Shown in pieces: positions 56,519 through 64,000 of a stretch of DNA of 64,000 nucleotides. Numbering within the stretch: the first letter of the stretch is position 1; each line of letters opens with the position of its first letter. Position numbers and translations under genes: made by a program. The notes below the pieces were generated by a model, which saw only the letters and a program-made list of their open reading frames with translations, did not search any database and had not been told where the DNA came from. This DNA comes from Bdellovibrionales bacterium (GTDB taxonomy: Bacteria; Bdellovibrionota; Bdellovibrionia; Bdellovibrionales; UBA1609), in NCBI GenBank assembly GCA_965205945.1, contig CBDBIB010000003.1, positions 288,001 to 352,000 on the forward strand. Direction: 5' to 3'.

Positions 56519-58510
56519 CTATACTCCCTCTTGGTAATATCGTAGTTTAAGTTTAGCTTTTTGGTAATAATCAGAGCCTTTAACGCCTTGAGTAATAATT
56601 TTTTTCCATAAGCTTTTAGCTTCATTAATTTCCCCAAAGTCTTCAAGAATAATACTTTCTTGATAATATTTTCTTAATATTATTTTTAATTTTTTTGAGG
56701 CATTTTCTTTAATTTTTAAAAGTTCTACATGATTACGATTTACATCAAGGCCTTTTTGAGCAGCAAGTATAGTTTGTTTATAATCGTCATCTGATAGATA
56801 TTTATTAGAATTTTTTATTGATAGAGCTAAAGCTTTATTAATTCTTGTATTGATGGATGCAATGTTTCGACGAGCTTTCTTTTTTAAAAGTTTTGGATCT
56901 GGATATGTGCTATTAATATACTTCTTATAGGTTTTTAAAGCTCGTTTCCAATCTCCATAGCGATCATAATTCTTAGCTTTATTGTATAAAGCCTGGCCAT
57001 TAGCAATTTTTTTTCTGTGCTCTTGAGCAGCTATTTTTTCTTGTTCTTTTTTAAGGTCAACTGCTTCAGCAATATCTAAAAGCATAGAAGCTTTTTCATT
57101 AGAAGGGTCTAAGCTAAAAGTTTCATTAATGCAGGGTTTTAATATAGCAGAGCCTTCTTGGGCTTTAGGGGCACAAAATTTTATAATTTCATTTACTTTA
57201 TTTTCTAATACAAGTTTTTTTTCTTTTTGAATGTTAAGATCATGCTTTCTTTGTAAGCGTTCTTTTTCAATATCACATTGGTTTTTAAGCTCTGCGGCAC
57301 CGTTTATTTGTTCGATTGGAATGTCGTATTTTGTGAGTTCATTAATTTCAAAAATACAGCGTTCAAAATGAGATTCATTGTAAAAACGAAGGGCAAGATT
57401 AAATTTATCAATAGCAGCATTTAGACGCTCTTTTGCTAAACGTTTTTCTTCCTGTATAGAAGCCAGCTCAACAGCATCTATTTTAGAAGAATTATTTTGA
57501 AAAAAATAAAGCACTCCAAAGGAAATTATAACTGAAAAAAGTAAGGGCTTTAAATATTTTATTTTTATTTTTTTCTTAGCAATTATAGAGGGATGATTGT
57601 CTTCTGGAAGTTTTAAAAATTCATCATGAATAGTTAATGCGTTTTTATTTAAATTTTGAATTTCGTTTGTATTGTCAGCAGGATCATCAGATTTAAGTTG
57701 TTCTATTAAGGCTACATTTTTTATTTTATCTTTGAATAAATGATCTTTTATTTCAAAAATAAATCTAAAATTAGCAATTTCAATATAATCTCCAGATTTT
57801 AATTCAATCTCTTGATTAGCAGGGAGCTGTTGTTTATTTAAGAATGTTCCATTGGATGAACCAAGATCTTTGACAAGAAATTTAGATTGATTGTTTATAA
57901 TGGTAAAATGTTTGCGACTTGTTTTTTTTGATTTTACAGTATAGTGACAGTTTTGATCTCGTCCAAAATCCCAAGTGGTTCCTTCAAGAGTGATTTCTTG
58001 AAGAAATCGAGTCTCTTTAAATATTTTTAAAGAGTACTCTAAGGTGGGAGTTGTTGCAGTTTTTGTTTTCTCATCTTGATCAAATTCTGTAGAAGCTAAA
58101 TCCTTTTTTTGTTCGGTGATAGCTAGAGAAATCTCTTTATGCTCTATGTCGGTGTTGCTAGATTTCTCATTATGAGGACTAGATATTGGTTCTTCTTTAA
58201 GGTTTTCTTTTTTAGGCAGCTCTAGAATAAAATCATAAGGAGGAACATTTATAGTGTGTGTGCCATTATCAAAGCAAATTTCTTTTATAGTGTTTCCTTG
58301 GTGGATGAGTTTTCCCGCACTAGAAATAGCTGCTATTACAACAGAGAAATCATCTTGGATAGTTATTTTAAAATGAGCTCTTGAAATACCAGGGTGTCTA
58401 GATAAAATAATATCACAATGACTACCACGGCCAATAGTAAGCTCTGTTGCTTTTGAATAAGAACCTTCAAAAAATATATCAGAGTTTTCGAATACTTTAA
58501 GTGTAATCAT
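56519..58510 (-). CDS. Double-FHA domain membrane protein with TPR-like periplasmic region
   Basis: IGRGSHCD...ISRAH and FGRDQNC...SRKH...DLGSSNGTFLN, then a TM helix and helical repeats. Confidence 0.88.
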   Translation of the reverse strand: MITLKVFENSDIFFEGSYSKATELTIGRGSHCDIILSRHPGISRAHFKITIQDDFSVVIAAISSAGKLIHQGNTIKEICFDNGTHTINVPPYDFILELPKKENLKEEPISSPHNEKSSNTDIEHKEISLAITEQKKDLASTEFDQDEKTKTATTPTLEYSLKIFKETRFLQEITLEGTTWDFGRDQNCHYTVKSKKTSRKHFTIINNQSKFLVKDLGSSNGTFLNKQQLPANQEIELKSGDYIEIANFRFIFEIKDHLFKDKIKNVALIEQLKSDDPADNTNEIQNLNKNALTIHDEFLKLPEDNHPSIIAKKKIKIKYLKPLLFSVIISFGVLYFFQNNSSKIDAVELASIQEEKRLAKERLNAAIDKFNLALRFYNESHFERCIFEINELTKYDIPIEQINGAAELKNQCDIEKERLQRKHDLNIQKEKKLVLENKVNEIIKFCAPKAQEGSAILKPCINETFSLDPSNEKASMLLDIAEAVDLKKEQEKIAAQEHRKKIANGQALYNKAKNYDRYGDWKRALKTYKKYINSTYPDPKLLKKKARRNIASINTRINKALALSIKNSNKYLSDDDYKQTILAAQKGLDVNRNHVELLKIKENASKKLKIILRKYYQESIILEDFGEINEAKSLWKKIITQGVKGSDYYQKAKLKLRYYQEGV

Positions 58511-59445
58511 TAATACTTACTCCGTTTTAAGAATTTACATTTTTTAAGAAATTGTCGAGCTTGAAGATACCGAGAATCAGTTTTATCATTTATTTGTGAT
58601 AAAACATTTTTAAAAGATGAAATACAAAAATCATTTTTTCCATTTTCCATATTTATAACTCCTTGACTCATATTAAAAGCGATAAGTTCTTCTAATCGAT
58701 TAGTGGCTAGCTCGCTATATCTACGAGCTAATTGGTGTGATGGGTAAATAGATAAGCAGGTATCAAAAGAAGATAGTGATTGTGCATAAAGACCTTTTTG
58801 AAAATCTCTAAATCCTTTAATATAGAAAGAATGTGCTGATTTATATTCTTGGGTGTTGTGTCCAGAAGATTTAAGTTCTTTAATAAGTTCATCTATTTCA
58901 TTTTTATTTTTCTCAACATCCTTTAATATTTTTTCAGTAGTTGTTATTTCTCTTAAAGCTTTTTTTTCTTTTTTAAAAGGATCTAAGATGAACATATAAA
59001 GGCCGAGGGCAATAAGAAGTGTTGTTGCTGTATAAAAAATATTTGTAGTGCTTTTTGTTATTTTAAAGGCGACATTTTTGGTTGGATTTTGCGTATTTTT
59101 AAGAAAAACTTTTTTTTGATTTTTTAAAACAACTATAAATTTAAATGTTTGGCTGCCAATTGTAAAAATATAGTTGTTTTTAAGTTGAGATTGGGGAGTG
59201 TTTTCATTATTTATTTTAATGAAGTTTGTTGAAGATAAATTTTGTATATAGTATTGCCCTTTATTTAAAATTAATCGAGCATGTCTACGGCTAAGTTTTG
59301 AATCTTCAGGAATAGAAATATGGTTAGTGTGGTCTCTTCCAATAAAAATTTCATTTGAACTTAATCTAAAAATAGTGCCCTTAAGTCGTCCTGTAATTAC
59401 TTTTACATAAAATTCATTTAAAGTGTGATGAACTAAATTTGACAT
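58510..59445 (-). CDS. FHA domain membrane protein with TPR-like C-terminus
   Basis: IGRD...LSRRHARL...NLSSTN, TM helix, YIKGFRDFQKGLY. Confidence 0.88.
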   Translation of the reverse strand: MSNLVHHTLNEFYVKVITGRLKGTIFRLSSNEIFIGRDHTNHISIPEDSKLSRRHARLILNKGQYYIQNLSSTNFIKINNENTPQSQLKNNYIFTIGSQTFKFIVVLKNQKKVFLKNTQNPTKNVAFKITKSTTNIFYTATTLLIALGLYMFILDPFKKEKKALREITTTEKILKDVEKNKNEIDELIKELKSSGHNTQEYKSAHSFYIKGFRDFQKGLYAQSLSSFDTCLSIYPSHQLARRYSELATNRLEELIAFNMSQGVINMENGKNDFCISSFKNVLSQINDKTDSRYLQARQFLKKCKFLKRSKY

Positions 59446-60977
59446 TATTCAGGCTCCAATGGAAAAAATGAACAGACAAAGTAAGCTATATCATTTGTTC
59501 CGTGTATAGGGTGCATGCGAATTTCATAGGGAATTCCTCCAAACTCAAGAGAATCTAGTATTATTTCATCAGGGGAAATTTGTGATCTTTCTACTAGATC
59601 AAGTAAATTTTGTTTTAAAGCCTGATCTGTAAACTCAATAACACGAATTCCTTTTGTATCATATAATCCGGTAAGTTCTTCAAACATGGAGTTGTAATCA
59701 AGAACAGTATGAGTATCTTTAGAAATAACAATTGATGCCTGGTTAAACATTTCTACTAAATTTTGAATCTCCATAGAGCGATCGATTTCAATATTGACCG
59801 GTGTAGAGCTGCTGTTAGATTCATCGGATCGACTTAAAAGACTAGATGAAATAAGATAGAGTTCTTTTAAAGGGTTAAAGAGTATTGAGGTGTGGAGTTC
59901 TTTATGAATGTCTTGGTGGAGTGCAGCTTTTAAGTCTTTGATAATACTTATAAAAGGGTACTCAATAATTTTATAAAGAAAATAAAATATGACAAGACCA
60001 AATAATAAGGATAAAAATAGTGTTTGAATAAAAAGGCTTAGAGTTTTTTTATTTCCAAGAGATAAAGTTTGAGCATCATAAACTACAACGGTATAAAATC
60101 TAGTGAGTTCTGTGCTATCAGTGGTAGAGTAGAATTTAATAGGATGCATTGCTATAATAGTATTATTGCTTTCTTTAAATACATGAAAGGGGCGTTCTGT
60201 GATTTTTCTAGCTTTATGAATTAAAGGATTAGGTGGAAATTTTCCGGAAAATATAGAAGGGCTTATAATTTCACCGTTGTGTTGGCGTATAATATAGGCT
60301 TTTTTAACGCCAGGTTCTTGATACGCAAACGCAACAGAGGCTCCAGAAAAACTGCCGTTTTGTAAGGGTTTAACATTATTTAAGGCCAAAGTTTTTGCCA
60401 GAGAACTAGCGCGTCTTTTACTTTCAAGTTCAACAGTATCTTGAATAATACTCATGAGTGGAATTGTTGATAATAAGGCGGTTATAACAATGCAGGTAAA
60501 AAGTAAGAGACCTATAATCCACTTAAAGTCTATTTTCCCCGATAGAATTTGAAGAGGTGGCATTGCAGTCTTATCTAAGTATTTATTTGCTTTATATAAG
60601 AGTTTTTCTATGGGAGATTTGTACTTTAATTCTAAACTTTCATTTTCAGAATGAGCACTAACACTATCATCTTTTAAAAGAGCAGTGTCATTATTTTTCA
60701 CTAATTCTAAAATAGTATCGTATAAAGAAATTTTATCACCTATTTTAATTAAGGTAATTTCAATCTTTACGCCGTTTACAAAGGACCCGTTGGTAGAATT
60801 TAAATCTGTAAAAAGAACTCTGTCTTGATCTAAAATAATTTTAGCGTGTTTTTTTGAAATATTTTTATTTGGTATGGCAACTTCACATTGTGGAGACCTG
60901 CCAATGAAAGTTTCATTCTGTACTAAAGGATGCACCTGGCCGGCATCTGTGCCTGAGAGAACTTTAAGAGCGTACAT
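59445..60977 (-). CDS. FHA domain membrane protein with two TM helices and a periplasmic domain
   Basis: IGRSPQC...ISKKHA...DLNSTNGSFVNG. Confidence 0.88.
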   Translation of the reverse strand: MYALKVLSGTDAGQVHPLVQNETFIGRSPQCEVAIPNKNISKKHAKIILDQDRVLFTDLNSTNGSFVNGVKIEITLIKIGDKISLYDTILELVKNNDTALLKDDSVSAHSENESLELKYKSPIEKLLYKANKYLDKTAMPPLQILSGKIDFKWIIGLLLFTCIVITALLSTIPLMSIIQDTVELESKRRASSLAKTLALNNVKPLQNGSFSGASVAFAYQEPGVKKAYIIRQHNGEIISPSIFSGKFPPNPLIHKARKITERPFHVFKESNNTIIAMHPIKFYSTTDSTELTRFYTVVVYDAQTLSLGNKKTLSLFIQTLFLSLLFGLVIFYFLYKIIEYPFISIIKDLKAALHQDIHKELHTSILFNPLKELYLISSSLLSRSDESNSSSTPVNIEIDRSMEIQNLVEMFNQASIVISKDTHTVLDYNSMFEELTGLYDTKGIRVIEFTDQALKQNLLDLVERSQISPDEIILDSLEFGGIPYEIRMHPIHGTNDIAYFVCSFFPLEPE

Positions 60978-61317
60978 CTATAAGATCTCCTTTAGAAATT
61001 TTTTTGGAAATATTATTACTATAAAGTTCAATGCAATAATAGTTTTTAAATTGAAAGGGTTTAGTGCATCTCCAAGGTTTAAGGCTTTCAGTTATAGAGG
61101 TTACCACCATATTTTTATCTAAAAACACGACATCAATGGGAAATTGCATAAAGAATGTGTGCACAGAAGGGCACCCTTTAAAAAATATGGCAGTATCTTT
61201 ACCCAGAGTTGATTTTCCCATTAAACCTTTAAGTTTTGAGTAAAAAGACTCAGCAACTAAAATATTTTTAGCGATCTGAATATTTTTTGTAGAATTATAA
61301 AGATTTAAAGTTTGCAT
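60964..61317 (-). CDS. DUF192 family protein
   Basis: KGLMG and SVHTFFMQFPIDVVFLD. Confidence 0.9.
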   Translation of the reverse strand: MQTLNLYNSTKNIQIAKNILVAESFYSKLKGLMGKSTLGKDTAIFFKGCPSVHTFFMQFPIDVVFLDKNMVVTSITESLKPWRCTKPFQFKNYYCIELYSNNISKKISKGDLIDVRS

Positions 61318-61320
61318 AAA

Positions 61321-62232
61321 TTATTTTTGCCCCATAAACCCAAGGATAACCGGTCCAAGAACTGTTAAGAAAACCGCAGGAACAATAAATAAAACCATTG
61401 GAATCATCAAGGCTTGAGAAGCTTTTGCACCAGCTTTTTCAGCTCGAACAAAGCGCTCTAATCTCATTTGCTCAGCTTGATCTTTTAAGACCTTATGAAT
61501 GGGAACACCAGCAGAGTCAGCATCAATTATTACAGCCACTAAACTCATAATTTCACTAAGATCGATTCTATTAGAAAAAGCCCTTAAGGCATCTGCTCTT
61601 GAGCTACCAATACGAATTTCAGCAAGAAGCTCTTTCATTTCGTTAGCAAGAATACTGTCGGGAGCTTTTTCCACAATCCTTTGAATAGCACCAATGAAAT
61701 CCATGCCAGCCTCTGTAGTTAATGCTAAAAGATCAATGAAAAAAGGTAAATCTGTTTGTATGGATATATTTCGTTTCTTTTTTTGATCATTAGCGTATAG
61801 ATTTGGAAAGGCAAACCCAAGAAGGCCTAAGACAAAAACCCCTGGGGCTGGAATTCCAAGATCTAAAGCAAAGTTAAAAAAGAAAAGACAAAGTGGGAAT
61901 ATAAATCCCCATAAAATCTGCATTCCAATAAACTCATCCACATTGAGTTCTTTAGAGATACCTGCGGTTTTTAGATTGATTGCAATTTTTTTTCGATAAT
62001 TCTTAGATTTAATTTTTTTTGCGTGAGCTAGTGTAAAATTGTGAATAAGAGGACGTGAAATATTAATTACAGGTGATTTTGACTTTGTAGGTTCGTCATC
62101 AGTAGCCCAAGCTAAAGTTGAAGAATCAGAGTTGTCTCCAAGTATAACTCTTGTTATTAAATATACAGAGTAACTTGCAAAGGCAATTCCTAAAATGAGT
62201 AGAATGAAATCTAAATTAAATATGGAACTCAA
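61321..62232 (-). CDS. tadC: Tad pilus inner-membrane platform protein (GspF/TadC family)
   Basis: DLPFFIDLL...EAG, G.SRADAL, L..QAEQMR.ERF.RAEKAGAKA...P; TTG start with GAGGGGG SD. Confidence 0.88.
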   Translation of the reverse strand: MSSIFNLDFILLILGIAFASYSVYLITRVILGDNSDSSTLAWATDDEPTKSKSPVINISRPLIHNFTLAHAKKIKSKNYRKKIAINLKTAGISKELNVDEFIGMQILWGFIFPLCLFFFNFALDLGIPAPGVFVLGLLGFAFPNLYANDQKKKRNISIQTDLPFFIDLLALTTEAGMDFIGAIQRIVEKAPDSILANEMKELLAEIRIGSSRADALRAFSNRIDLSEIMSLVAVIIDADSAGVPIHKVLKDQAEQMRLERFVRAEKAGAKASQALMIPMVLFIVPAVFLTVLGPVILGFMGQK

Positions 62233-62827
62233 CTTAACCCCCTCTATTTTATTAATTTCTAAGTCACCGCAAAGAGCGCAGTTACTCGCTCAAGCAGGGT
62301 ACCAATTTGAATCCTTTCCCTTAGAAATATCGGAAATTATTGATAAAAACCTAAATTGTTTTCATCAGTGCAAAAGGCTTGCTTGTCTTAAAATGAAACA
62401 CTTTAAAGATCAAATTGGCCTTAAGTATAAGGATTTTAAATTTGCTCTTACTTGCGATACAATGGTTGAGTTTAAGGGGGTAGGCTTAGATAAACCTAAA
62501 AGCCTCTTAGAGGCAAAGAAGTGGCTTTTAAACTATAGCGGGCAAGAACAGTTTGTACATACAGGCTGCTGCCTTCTTCGTCTAGATGGGCAGGCTTTGG
62601 ACAAAAGTTGGGTGACGACAACAAAGATTAAATTTAAAAAAATATTTAAGATTGATGTAGATCAATATTTAGATGAGAATTTAAAGGTTTTAGGCAAGGC
62701 TGGTGGGTATGGTATTCAGGATAAAAAGTTTAATTTAATTCAGAGTATACAAGGCTCGTATACAAATATTGTAGGACTTACTTTAGAGTCTTTACGGTTA
62801 GAGCTTAAAAAGTGGGAATTAAAGTGA
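62222..62827 (+). CDS. maf: Maf family nucleoside triphosphate pyrophosphatase
   Basis: SKSPQR, CDT, KP, KAGGYGIQ and GSYTNIVGL. Start uncertain (62195, 62204 or 62222). Confidence 0.92.
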   Translation: MELNLTPSILLISKSPQRAQLLAQAGYQFESFPLEISEIIDKNLNCFHQCKRLACLKMKHFKDQIGLKYKDFKFALTCDTMVEFKGVGLDKPKSLLEAKKWLLNYSGQEQFVHTGCCLLRLDGQALDKSWVTTTKIKFKKIFKIDVDQYLDENLKVLGKAGGYGIQDKKFNLIQSIQGSYTNIVGLTLESLRLELKKWELK

Positions 62828-63468
62828 ATATAAAGATTTTAAAAGAAGAAATTAAAAACCTTAATGGAAATCTTATTGCAGTCTCTAAAACTATAGAGGA
62901 AAGAAAAATAAGAAAAGCCTACTTATTAGGTATTAGAGCCTTTGGCGAAAGTTATTTAACCGAGGCTTGTCATAAAATTAAAAGTCTTTCAGATTTAGAT
63001 ATTGAGTGGCACTATTTAGGACGATTACAAAATGGGACTTTAAATAAAGTGATGAATAAGTTTTCACTTATTCACACAGGGGCAAAGCTTTCTCACTTAA
63101 TAAAAATTAATGAGAAGACAAAAGGTGTTCAAAAAATTCTTATACAAGTAAGGCACCCTACGGATATAAGAGATTACGGAGTTTTAGAGGGTGATTTAGA
63201 GTTGTTTTTGTTAGAAGCATTAAAGCTTGATAAGATCATATTATCCGGCTTGATGTTTATTCCTCCTGTAAACATGGAAACACAAAATCTTTTAGCCGCA
63301 TTCTTGTGGGCAAAGAAACATTTTGATAGATTAGGTGAGCGTATAGATGCAAAAAGGCAAAAAAACTGGTCTATTTTATCTATGGGAATGTCTAAAGATT
63401 ATCTAAAAGCCTTAAATAATGGGGCGACTCATGTCAGGCTTGGGCGGTTAATTTTTGGAGAAAGGTAG
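62812..63468 (+). CDS. yggS: PLP homeostasis protein
   Basis: LIAVSKT, FGESY, WHYLGRLQ, LSMGMS.D and VRLGR.IFG.R. Confidence 0.93.
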   Translation: MGIKVNIKILKEEIKNLNGNLIAVSKTIEERKIRKAYLLGIRAFGESYLTEACHKIKSLSDLDIEWHYLGRLQNGTLNKVMNKFSLIHTGAKLSHLIKINEKTKGVQKILIQVRHPTDIRDYGVLEGDLELFLLEALKLDKIILSGLMFIPPVNMETQNLLAAFLWAKKHFDRLGERIDAKRQKNWSILSMGMSKDYLKALNNGATHVRLGRLIFGER

Positions 63469-63471
63469 GGT

Positions 63472-64000
63472 TTGCATATTTTTTTAAAACAAAAAAAGAT
63501 TGGTTTTGTTGGTGCAGGGAATATGACTAGAAGTCTTGTTGCAGGATTATTATTAAATCCAGATATAAATTTAAAAAATTTGTATGTGGTAAATAGAACA
63601 TCTTTAAAAGCAAAAAATCTGTCTAAAAAATATAATATAAACTATATAAAGCATGTTGATGATCTTCTTGATCTATGTGATATAATTATAATCTCAATTA
63701 AGCCTCAAGACGTATTAGAGTTTTTAAGCTCATATGGAAAAAGTTTTACAGAGGAACATATAGTTTTAAGTTTATGCGCAGGAATTAAGCTTAAGAGCTT
63801 AAAGAATCAGCTTCCTCAGGTTAATGATTTTGTGCGCTTGATGCCCTCAACCACCTGTGAATTTGGAAGTGGTGTTTTAGGTGTTTATTCAGACAATGAA
63901 GCGCTGGCTTTAGAAGTTGAAAAATATTTTTATTCGGTAGGCCTTGTGCAGATAGTTCAAACAGAAGAGGCGTTAGATGGAGTCATGATTTCGGTAGCAA
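63472..64000 (+). CDS. proC: Pyrroline-5-carboxylate reductase (3'-truncated by window edge)
   Basis: KIGFVGAGNM, SIKPQD, SLCAGI and VRLMP; yggS-proC synteny. Confidence 0.92.
   Translation, partial: MHIFLKQKKIGFVGAGNMTRSLVAGLLLNPDINLKNLYVVNRTSLKAKNLSKKYNINYIKHVDDLLDLCDIIIISIKPQDVLEFLSSYGKSFTEEHIVLSLCAGIKLKSLKNQLPQVNDFVRLMPSTTCEFGSGVLGVYSDNEALALEVEKYFYSVGLVQIVQTEEALDGVMISVA

Noticed and set aside
630..61684. Short antisense or alternate-frame ORFs in the track (e.g. 630-848, 10546-10800, 15999-16244, 16688-17020, 20523-20735, 53046-53708, 61499-61684)
   Set aside because: They overlap well-supported genes and show no recognisable motifs; treated as shadow ORFs.
1..64000. DGR template repeat, reverse transcriptase or avd inside the window
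   Set aside because: I found no AAY-rich copy of the VR in the intergenic regions and no RT motifs in any ORF. The 10-mer tggtcgtcta at 42334 matches the VR but does not extend.

Overview
AT-rich bacterial chromosome segment, most consistent with a Bdellovibrionota (Bdellovibrionales-like) organism. Support: recR is followed directly by an MglA carrying Ser21 with no mglB, there is a tadC-DUF192-FHA cluster, and there is a DUF3015/DUF4105 pair. Layout: (1) 1-9.3 kb, secA and an A2-type caa3-like cytochrome c oxidase operon. (2) 9.5-21.7 kb, a decayed accessory island with nested IS66/IS3/IS4 remnants, two near-identical IS3-like elements with atypical ends (one splits an Lnb/DUF4105 gene), three IS982 deletion derivatives, a mobile mystery A/B (HTH+Fic) pair with a triple operator, and traD, Uma2 and parA remnants. 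The island also holds an intact DUF1566 lipoprotein whose last 40 codons look like the variable repeat of a diversity-generating retroelement (DGR), with no template repeat or RT in the window. (3) 21.7-33 kb, Phe/Tyr homogentisate catabolism interleaved with a SelO-like gene, a SpoU methylase and ribD. (4) 33-38.5 kb, SRP RNA-dnaX-ybaB-recR-mglA. (5) 38.5-51 kb, a tandemly duplicated [beta-barrel + lipoprotein adhesin] cassette: one adhesin has seven 834-bp repeats, the other has none and its barrel gene is deleted internally. (6) 51.5-55.9 kb, lipA-E2-lpdA-lipB. (7) 55.9-64 kb, a Tad/FHA operon ending in a PP2C-like pseudophosphatase, then maf-yggS-proC. All family calls come from motif recognition by eye; no database searches were run.
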